Positions 45,005 to 51,784 of a stretch of 51,784 nt of DNA are shown here, piece after piece. The translations under genes were made by a program, and so were the position numbers. Source of the DNA: an uncultured Gammaproteobacteria bacterium (GTDB lineage Bacteria; Patescibacteriota; Patescibacteriia; UBA1558; GWA2-36-10); NCBI GenBank assembly GCA_964478385.1, contig CAYZIE010000001.1, positions 1 to 51,784 of the forward strand. The letters are read 5' to 3'. Within the stretch, counting starts at the first letter, position 1. The number at the start of each line of letters is the position of its first letter. Under the pieces are notes generated by a model, which worked only from the letters and a program-made list of their open reading frames with translations, did no database searches and was not told where the DNA came from.

Positions 45005-47674
45005 ATGAATAAAAATATTAATTGGCATACATTAAGTATACCCAAGGTATTAAAAAAATTAAATACTTCTAAAAAAGGTTTAAGTTTTGATCAAGTTGAG
45101 AAAAATCAAGATAAATATGGATTTAATATATTAGCTAAAGCTGATAAGTTTTCTATTTCTCGTTTAATACTATCTCAGTTTAAAAGTGCTTTGATATACA
45201 TTCTTTTAATTGCTGGATTGATTTCCATTTTCTTTAAAGAGTATGTAGATGCTTATGTAATATTTGCGGCTGTATTACTTAATGTTGTTGTTGGATTTAT
45301 ACAAGAGTTTAAAGCAAATAAATCTTTAGAAAAGTTAAATAAAGTTGTAAAAAAAGAAACTTTAGTTATACGTGAAGGACAAGAACAAAAAATAGAATCT
45401 AAATATTTAGTTCCTGGAGATATTATAGTATTAGAATCTGGTGATAGAATACCAGCTGATGCTAGAGTATTATCAATAAATGAATTAGAAGTTAATGAAG
45501 CTAGTTTAACAGGAGAATCTTGGCCTATTAAAAAAGAATTAGGAGTGATTGATGTTGGTACAGTATTAGCTGAAAGAAATAATATGGTATTTATGGGTAC
45601 TTTAGTTGTTGAGGGCAGAGGACAGGCTATAGTTACTAATACTGGTTACAAAACAGAAATGGGTAAGATTACTGTTATGTTAAAAGAAACTGAAGATGAA
45701 AGAACACCTTTGCAAGAAAAATTAGATATTTTTGCTAAGAATATAACTAAGGTTATACTAGTGGTTTCTTTAATTCTTTTTGCTTTAGGTGTTATGAAAG
45801 GTCATGAATGGTCAGAGATATTTATAATATCAGTTGCAGTAGCTGTATCAGCTATTCCTGAGGGTTTAGTTATAGGTATGACTATGATATTAACTGTTGG
45901 TATGCAAAGAATACTTAAAAGTAATGGTTTGGTTCGTAAATTAATTTCTGCTGAAACATTAGGATCTACTACTGTTATTTGCACTGATAAAACAGGAACA
46001 TTAACAGAGGGTGAAATGAGAGTTACTCAAATAGTATCTGCTAGTCAACAAGTAGATTTAAGTGGTAAGTCTTTTAAAGATATTAAAATAGGTAAAGAGT
46101 TAAAAAGATTATTACAAGTATCATTATTGTGTAATGATGCTGTTATTGAAAATCCTAAGGATAATAAAGATGAGTGGAGGATAATAGGTAGTCCTACAGA
46201 AAAAGCTTTACTATTATTTGGTACTTCTGGTTTAGATATTACTAAAGAATTTCATCATTTTGAAAGAAAAGATGAAATACCATTTGATTCTCAAAGAAAA
46301 TATATGATTAGTCGTCATAAATATGATGATACTCATGATATTATTTTATTAAAAGGTGCTCCAGAAAGAGTTATTTCTTTTTCTTCTAAGTATTTACAAG
46401 ATTCTAAGGATATTAAATTAACTAAAACTAAAATAGATTATTTTAGATCTGAATGGGAAAGATTAAGTAAACAAGGTTTAAGAGTTTTAGCAGGTGGTTA
46501 TAAACTAATACCAAAGAAAACTAAAGATATTGGTACTTATAGAGAAGATCCTGAAGAGTTTACATTTGTAGGTGTATGGGGGTTATCTGATCCTTTAAGA
46601 CCAGAAACTATAGATACATTGCATGAAACATTTAAAGCAGGTATTAACACTGTTATTATAACCGGAGATAATAAGTTTACTACTCAAAGAATAGCTGAAG
46701 ATCTTGGATTGTCTGTTAGTAAAAAAGATATTATTACTGGAGATGAATTATTAAAAATGAGTGATAAGGAATTAGAAGAAAAAATAAGGAGTATTAAAAT
46801 ATATGCTAGAGTAAGTCCTGCTGATAAGTTAAGGATTATAAAAGCATGGCAAGATCAAGGAGAGATTGTATCTATGACAGGTGATGGAGTTAATGACGCT
46901 CCTGCTTTAAAAGCTGCAGATATTGGTGTAGCTGTTAGTAGTGGATCAGATGTAGCTAAAGAAACAGCTGATTTAGTTTTATTAGATAATAATTTTAAAA
47001 CTATAGTCATGGCTATACGTCAGGGTAGAGTAATATTTGCTAATATTAAAAAAGTTATACTCTACTTACTATCTGATAGTTTTTCTGAGATTCTAATAAT
47101 AACTGGAAGTATATTATTAGGTGTTCCATTACCATTAGTTACTGCTCAGATTCTTTGGATTAATTTAGTTAGTGATGGTTTTCCTTCTTTAGCTTTAACT
47201 ATGGAGCCTGAAGAAGAGGGTATAATGGTAAAGAAGGTGGATAAAATAAAATCTATCTTTAACTTTGAAAGTAAGTTTTTAGTTGTCGTTATATCTTTAG
47301 TAACAAGTATTACTAGTTTAGGTTTATTCTATTATTTTTGGAAAACAACAGGGGATATAGTTTTAGCAAGAACAGTTACATTTACAACATTGGGTATTGA
47401 TACATTATTCTATGTATTTAGTATTAAAGCTTTAGATAAAAATATATTTAAATCTAAACCTTTTAGAAATAAATATTTAAATATTGCTGTTATTCTTGGT
47501 TTTTTAATTCAACTCTTAGCTATATATACACCTTTCTTAAATAAAATGTTAAGAACAATTCCTTTACATTGGTCTGAATGGAAGATAATGATATTAGTAA
47601 TGTTATTAGTATTTGTGTTAATAGAAACAATTAAAGGTATATTTATACACTATCGTAAAGATAACTATGTTTAA
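45005..47674 (+). CDS. P2-type cation-transporting ATPase (Ca2+/PacL-like)
   Basis: 889 aa. TGES, CTDKTGTLT phosphorylation motif, TGDN, MTGDGVNDAPALK, and about 10 TM segments. Confidence 0.9.
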   Translation: MNKNINWHTLSIPKVLKKLNTSKKGLSFDQVEKNQDKYGFNILAKADKFSISRLILSQFKSALIYILLIAGLISIFFKEYVDAYVIFAAVLLNVVVGFIQEFKANKSLEKLNKVVKKETLVIREGQEQKIESKYLVPGDIIVLESGDRIPADARVLSINELEVNEASLTGESWPIKKELGVIDVGTVLAERNNMVFMGTLVVEGRGQAIVTNTGYKTEMGKITVMLKETEDERTPLQEKLDIFAKNITKVILVVSLILFALGVMKGHEWSEIFIISVAVAVSAIPEGLVIGMTMILTVGMQRILKSNGLVRKLISAETLGSTTVICTDKTGTLTEGEMRVTQIVSASQQVDLSGKSFKDIKIGKELKRLLQVSLLCNDAVIENPKDNKDEWRIIGSPTEKALLLFGTSGLDITKEFHHFERKDEIPFDSQRKYMISRHKYDDTHDIILLKGAPERVISFSSKYLQDSKDIKLTKTKIDYFRSEWERLSKQGLRVLAGGYKLIPKKTKDIGTYREDPEEFTFVGVWGLSDPLRPETIDTLHETFKAGINTVIITGDNKFTTQRIAEDLGLSVSKKDIITGDELLKMSDKELEEKIRSIKIYARVSPADKLRIIKAWQDQGEIVSMTGDGVNDAPALKAADIGVAVSSGSDVAKETADLVLLDNNFKTIVMAIRQGRVIFANIKKVILYLLSDSFSEILIITGSILLGVPLPLVTAQILWINLVSDGFPSLALTMEPEEEGIMVKKVDKIKSIFNFESKFLVVVISLVTSITSLGLFYYFWKTTGDIVLARTVTFTTLGIDTLFYVFSIKALDKNIFKSKPFRNKYLNIAVILGFLIQLLAIYTPFLNKMLRTIPLHWSEWKIMILVMLLVFVLIETIKGIFIHYRKDNYV

Positions 47675-47702
47675 TTGACAAATACTGCATTTATGATATA
47701 AT
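47675..47702 (+). promoter_or_regulatory. Near-consensus promoter (TTGACA-16-TATAAT) immediately after the ATPase stop
   Basis: TTGACA at 47675-47680 and TATAAT at 47697-47702. An ATG follows 7 nt later. Confidence 0.65.
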
Positions 47703-47709
47703 AATATAT

Positions 47710-47757
47710 ATGAGATATATAAGATTAAATAATAATGATAATAATAACCGATTTTAA
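47710..47757 (+). CDS. Candidate leaderless 15-codon leader peptide MRYIRLNNNDNNNRF
   Basis: The ATG lies 7 nt after the -10 box, the same geometry as several leaderless genes in this window. Six of seven consecutive codons (47728-47748) are Asn. The TAA stop abuts the first ACCGGT element. Confidence 0.4.
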   Translation: MRYIRLNNNDNNNRF

Positions 47758-47815
47758 GACCGGTATCTTTTTGTATTTCATAAATGTTTAACCGGTCTAT
47801 AAAACCGGTTTTTTT
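47757..47815 (+). promoter_or_regulatory. Alternative-helix attenuator: three ACCGGT elements giving an 8-bp antiterminator or a 7-bp terminator plus U-run
   Basis: AGACCGGT (47757-47764) is the exact complement of ACCGGTCT (47791-47798). AACCGGT (47790-47796) is the exact complement of ACCGGTT (47804-47810), which is followed by T5 (47811-47815). The two helices share 47791-47796. Confidence 0.5.
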
Positions 47816-47820
47816 AATAT

Positions 47821-47895
47821 TCCGGGGTAGTTGAGTGGTACAACGCCACGCTGTTAACGTGGATATCGCAGGTTCGAGTCCTGCCCCCGGAGCCA
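47821..47895 (+). tRNA. tRNA-Asn (anticodon GTT), CCA encoded
   Basis: Acceptor TCCGGGG/CCCCGGA, D arm GTTG-AGTGGTA-CAAC, anticodon arm CCACG-CTGTTAA-CGTGG, T arm GCAGG-TTCGAGT-CCTGC, discriminator G, then CCA. 75 nt. Confidence 0.95.
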
Positions 47896-47917
47896 AATTG
47901 TATGTTATAATAGTAAA

Positions 47918-49666
47918 ATGAAAAGTTTAACAAAACAAACATTTAAGATTTTTTGGAAACACTTATTAGAATATAAGTGGTCTGTTTTATTTACACTTAT
48001 ATCTATAACAATAGGCGTTGTATGTAATATATTGGCTCCTTTATTGTATAAAGATTTTTTTGATATTTTAGTTGAATCAGGAGATGTAATACTTTTAAAG
48101 AGTGTATTGTATAAAGTATTAATAATTTTTGTTATTTCTTGGGTATTTTGGCGTACTTCTAATTTTACTACAGCATATTTTCAAACACATATCATGGCTG
48201 ATTTATCTAATTATTGTTTTGCTTACCTACATAAACATTCAGTTAATTTTTTTAATAATAATTTTGTAGGAGCATTGGTCAAAAAAGTAAATAGATTTGC
48301 TAGATCTTTTGAAGGTGTTGTAGATGGTATTATATGGGATTTTTTACCTATTACAATTAATATTGGTTTGATAATAATTATTTTAAGTAGTCGTAATTTA
48401 TGGTTAGGTTTAAGTATTTTGATTTGGGTTATTATATACATTATAATTAATTATTATTTTAGTTTATATAAACTAAAATATGATGTTAAAAGAACTGAAT
48501 TAAATTCTAAAGTAACAGGAGTATTGGCTGATACTATAACCAACCAATTAAATGTTAAATTATTTACTGGATATGATAGAGAAAATATATTATTTCAAAA
48601 AATAAATGGTCAATTACAAAAATTAAGGATATTTACTTGGAATTTATCAAATCATTTTAATTCTTTTCAAGCCCTTTTAATGATTATTTTAGAGATTGGA
48701 ATAATGTTTTATGCCGTTACATTATGGCAAAAAGGAAGTATTACAGTTGGTGATTTTGTTTTAATTCAAACATATCTTTCTATTATAATTATGAGGTTGT
48801 GGAATTTTGGTCGTATAATACGAAATTATTATGAAAATATGGCAGAAGCTTATGAAATGACAGAGATACTAGAAAGACCTCATGGTATTAAAGATAGTAA
48901 AAGTGCTAAATCACTTAAAGTAGAAAAAGGAGAAATTGAATTTAAGAATGTTAATTTTGCATACAATAGAACAAACAAGGTAATTAGTAACTTTAATTTA
49001 AAAATTGAATCTAAAGAAAAAATAGGTATTATAGGTCCTTCTGGATCAGGTAAATCAACTTTAATTAATCTATTATTAAGAAATTATGATTTAGATCATG
49101 GTAAGATAAAAATAGACAGTCAAAAGATATCTAGCATTACTCAGGAAAGTTTATGGAAAAATATATCTTTAGTAAATCAAGACTCAATACTTTTTCATAG
49201 AACTTTAAAGGATAATATTAAGTATGGTAAACTAAATGCTACTGATAAAGAAGTATATCAAGCAAGTAAGCTAGCTAATGCTCATAAATTTATAATTAAT
49301 TTTCCTGAAGAATATAATACATATGTAGGTGAAAGAGGTGTTAAACTATCTGGTGGTGAAAGGCAAAGAGTGACTATAGCTAGAGCTATATTAAAGAATT
49401 CTCCAATATTAGTTTTAGATGAAGCTACTTCTAGTTTAGATTCAGTTTCAGAAGAGTTGATACAAGATGCTTTATATAATTTGATGAAAGATAAAACAGT
49501 TATTGTAATAGCTCATAGATTATCTACTATTATGAAAATGGATAGAATTGTAGTTATAGATAAAGGAAAAATAGTAGAGCAAGGAAATCATCAAGAGTTG
49601 ATAAAGAAAAAAGGTGGCTTATATAAAAAGTTATGGGAAAAACAAGTAGGTGGATTTGTCATTTAA
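47918..49666 (+). CDS. ABC exporter, fused permease/ATPase (MsbA-like)
   Basis: 582 aa with 6 N-terminal TM segments. Walker A GPSGSGKST, signature LSGGERQR, Walker B ILVLDEATS. Confidence 0.9.
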   Translation: MKSLTKQTFKIFWKHLLEYKWSVLFTLISITIGVVCNILAPLLYKDFFDILVESGDVILLKSVLYKVLIIFVISWVFWRTSNFTTAYFQTHIMADLSNYCFAYLHKHSVNFFNNNFVGALVKKVNRFARSFEGVVDGIIWDFLPITINIGLIIIILSSRNLWLGLSILIWVIIYIIINYYFSLYKLKYDVKRTELNSKVTGVLADTITNQLNVKLFTGYDRENILFQKINGQLQKLRIFTWNLSNHFNSFQALLMIILEIGIMFYAVTLWQKGSITVGDFVLIQTYLSIIIMRLWNFGRIIRNYYENMAEAYEMTEILERPHGIKDSKSAKSLKVEKGEIEFKNVNFAYNRTNKVISNFNLKIESKEKIGIIGPSGSGKSTLINLLLRNYDLDHGKIKIDSQKISSITQESLWKNISLVNQDSILFHRTLKDNIKYGKLNATDKEVYQASKLANAHKFIINFPEEYNTYVGERGVKLSGGERQRVTIARAILKNSPILVLDEATSSLDSVSEELIQDALYNLMKDKTVIVIAHRLSTIMKMDRIVVIDKGKIVEQGNHQELIKKKGGLYKKLWEKQVGGFVI

Positions 49667-49675
49667 ATAGAAAAT

Positions 49676-50323
49676 ATGAAAAATGCTAAATTAGTATTAT
49701 TTGATATAGATAATACAATTACTCATGGAGTAGATACAATAGAATACTATAATCAATATTCTCCAATGTTAGAGAAAACACTGGCAAATGCTTTGAGTAT
49801 AAGTTTAAAAGAAGCTAAAAGAATAGCTGATGAATATAGAGCTAAACATCATGGTATGGGGCAAATAGCTTTTGAGGAATTAGATATTGATACCTTTGCT
49901 TGGTATGATGCTATCTCAGAGATTAAAATTAAAGAATATCTTAAGCCAAAATGGGATATTAATTCTTTTTTTAAGAATATGAAATCCAAGGGTATAACCT
50001 TAGGTATTATTACAGATGGTCCAATAATTCAAGCTAAGAAGATATTAAAAGCTTGTGAGGTTGATAGATTTTTATTTGATATTTTTATCGCATGGGAAAG
50101 AGGTAAAAAAATGCCGAAGAATGGCTCTTCTAAAGTTTATTCTAAAATAGTTAAAGAATTTCCTTTTAAGAAAAAAGAAATTTTTATGGTTGGTGATTCT
50201 TTAAGGGCTGATGTTTTACCAGCTCTTAAAGTTGGTATAAATGCAGTTCATATTTCTGATCAAAAGTATAATGATAATTGTATAACAGTAAAAACAATTA
50301 GAGATCTAGAGGGATTAATATGA
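49676..50323 (+). CDS. HAD-superfamily hydrolase
   Basis: LFDIDNTI (DxDxT motif I) and VGDSLRADV (motif IV). 215 aa. Confidence 0.75.
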   Translation: MKNAKLVLFDIDNTITHGVDTIEYYNQYSPMLEKTLANALSISLKEAKRIADEYRAKHHGMGQIAFEELDIDTFAWYDAISEIKIKEYLKPKWDINSFFKNMKSKGITLGIITDGPIIQAKKILKACEVDRFLFDIFIAWERGKKMPKNGSSKVYSKIVKEFPFKKKEIFMVGDSLRADVLPALKVGINAVHISDQKYNDNCITVKTIRDLEGLI

Positions 50324-51294
50324 TAAATGAAGCAAAAAGAAAAATTATAATAGATACTGACCCAGGACATGATGATGCCTTAGCTATTGTATTATTAGAA
50401 AAATCAAATTTGTTTGATATTCAGTGTATAACAACAGTAGCTGGTAATTCTTCAATTCAAAATGTTACTAATAATACTAGATATATTTTGGATTTAATAA
50501 AAAGTAAAACAAGTATTTTTTCTGGTTCTTCAAAACCATTAAAAAGAAAATTAATAAAAGCAGTTGTTCATGGTGGTTCTGGATTAGAAGGTGCTAAAAT
50601 TATTAAAAAAGAAAAATTAAATAATAAAGCTGTAGATAAGATAATTAGTATTATTAGAAGTAATCCTAATCAAGTTTCAATTTTGATTATTGGTCCTCAA
50701 ACTAATATAGCTAAAGCGTTTTTAAAAGATTCTCAATTACCAAAGTTAATAAAAGAATTAGTAATAATGGGTGGTGCTATAAAAGTGCCTGGTAATAAAA
50801 ATCGTGTTGCTGAATTTAATATTTTTGTTGATCCTGAGGCAGCAGAAATAGTTTTTAAAGCTAATGTTAAAAAAGTATTAATACCACTTGATATATCTAA
50901 TGATGTATATTTAAAATTATCAGAGCTTGATAAAATTAAAAAAAGAAAGATATATAAGCCACTTAAAAAAATGATGGAGAATTATGTGAGTGGCATAGAA
51001 AAATATGAAAAAGTAGCTAAAGCATATATGTATGATCCATTAGCTGCATATTATTTAGTTAATAAAAAAGCTTTTAAAACTAAAAAGGTTGATATTTGTA
51101 TTGAAACAAAAGGTGATTTAACAAGGGGTATGACAGTTATTGATAATAGGTTATGGGATGATAAGAATAATAATATAGACTTAGTTGTTAAAGTAGATAA
51201 AAAGAAATTTAATAAAGATTTAATTAGTATTTTAAGTAATAGTAAATATATATATTTTACTTTATTATATTGTAAGGTTATTTTTATTTCTTAA
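50320..51294 (+). CDS. Nucleoside hydrolase (IUNH family)
   Basis: IIDTDPGHDDALAI is the N-terminal Asp-cluster fingerprint. Overlaps the upstream gene at an ATGA junction. Confidence 0.85.
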   Translation: MINEAKRKIIIDTDPGHDDALAIVLLEKSNLFDIQCITTVAGNSSIQNVTNNTRYILDLIKSKTSIFSGSSKPLKRKLIKAVVHGGSGLEGAKIIKKEKLNNKAVDKIISIIRSNPNQVSILIIGPQTNIAKAFLKDSQLPKLIKELVIMGGAIKVPGNKNRVAEFNIFVDPEAAEIVFKANVKKVLIPLDISNDVYLKLSELDKIKKRKIYKPLKKMMENYVSGIEKYEKVAKAYMYDPLAAYYLVNKKAFKTKKVDICIETKGDLTRGMTVIDNRLWDDKNNNIDLVVKVDKKKFNKDLISILSNSKYIYFTLLYCKVIFIS

Positions 51295-51335
51295 TGAGCA
51301 TTGTAAAATAATAAGATATTAAGTAATATATAGCT

Positions 51336-51784
51336 ATGATATATGATGTAATAGTAATAGGTGGTGGTCCAGCTGGTTTGATGTCAGCAGGAAGAGCAGC
51401 TGAAAAAGGTTCTCGAGTTTTACTTTTGGAAAAAAATGATAGATTAGCTAGAAAGCTAATAATAACAGGCAAGGGTAGATGTAATATAACTAATGCAGAA
51501 TTAAGTTTGAATAATTTAGTAGATAAGTTTGGTAAAAATGGTAAATTCCTTTATCATTCTTTTAATCAATTTAGTAATGATGCTATTATAGCTTTTTTTG
51601 AAGAGAGAAATTTACTCACTAAAGTAGAAAGAGGTAATAGGGCATTTCCTAAAAGTGATTTATCTTTAGATGTTTTAGATATAATTAAAGATTATTTAAA
51701 AAAAGGTAAAGTAGAAATAATGACTAATGTTAATATACAAGATATTGTAGTTAAAAATAATCTATTAGATAAGATATTATTAAA
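51336..51784 (+). CDS. FAD-dependent oxidoreductase (HI0933/BaiN-like), N-terminal part; continues past the window end
   Basis: Absent from the ORF track because it has no stop. The translation starts MIYDVIVIGGGPAGLMSAGRAAEKGSRVLLLEKN....ITGKGRCNITN (dinucleotide-binding GxGxxG). Confidence 0.8.
   Translation, partial: MIYDVIVIGGGPAGLMSAGRAAEKGSRVLLLEKNDRLARKLIITGKGRCNITNAELSLNNLVDKFGKNGKFLYHSFNQFSNDAIIAFFEERNLLTKVERGNRAFPKSDLSLDVLDIIKDYLKKGKVEIMTNVNIQDIVVKNNLLDKILL

Noticed and set aside
47735-47791. Alternative mini-ORF in the tRNA-Asn leader (MIIITDFKTGIFLYFINV, ATG at 47735).
   Set aside because: It has no SD and is not positioned for leaderless initiation. I kept it only as a caveat to the Asn-leader model. 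The ATG at 47710 has the same -10-to-ATG spacing as the other leaderless genes.
1-51784. Search for CRISPR arrays, IS elements, integrases/recombinases, reverse transcriptases, rRNA genes and long direct or inverted repeats flanking the islet or the nuclease gene.
   Set aside because: I found none by eye. The only exact repeats I saw are the 21-nt duplication in rplY, the GTGGTGAAAA pair, the ACCGGT triplet and short palindromes. An aligner-based self-comparison would be needed to exclude diverged repeats.

Overview
This is a very AT-rich, tightly packed bacterial chromosome segment. My spot counts give about 29% G+C in ordinary genes. Gene content fits a reduced-genome lineage such as Patescibacteria/CPR, but that placement is an inference I cannot verify without a search. 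The standard genetic code applies, because TGA is used as a stop at ATGA gene junctions.

Most of the window is housekeeping:
- SEDS protein, L25, prmC-prfA-rpmE, and rpsB-tsf-pyrH
- gap, cysS, and a pgk-eno-gpmI-gpmI glycolytic block
- uppP, mltG, and rplJ-rplL with an L10 leader
- a partial dcw cluster (mraZ-rsmH-ftsL-ftsI-murF)
- rplU, recR-ybaB-dnaB, argS, a P-type ATPase, and an ABC exporter
- three tRNAs (Glu-CTC, Lys-TTT, Asn-GTT)

I saw no rRNA, CRISPR array, transposase or integrase.

Four things stand out:
1. A consensus promoter drives a leaderless 15-codon mini-ORF with 6 Asn codons. It is followed by three copies of the palindrome ACCGGT that can form mutually exclusive antiterminator and terminator helices, ending 6 nt before tRNA-Asn. 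This is a candidate ribosome-mediated attenuator of a tRNA gene.
2. A 1.45-kb islet (37.5-39.0 kb) holds three head-to-tail promoter-gene-terminator cassettes. One is a 112-aa ORF at about 52% G+C. All three have AGGAGG ribosome-binding sites that the housekeeping genes lack.
3. A GC-rich, roughly 245-nt structured RNA gene on the minus strand (18.64-18.89 kb) has its own TTGACA-17-TACAAT promoter and terminator. I cannot assign it to RNase P, tmRNA, SRP or 6S.
4. A stand-alone Cas4-like PD-(D/E)xK nuclease with a 4-Cys cluster lies next to tRNA-Lys.

Across the window, several housekeeping genes look leaderless (extended -10 box 6-7 nt from the ATG), whereas the accessory-looking genes carry strong Shine-Dalgarno (SD) sites.
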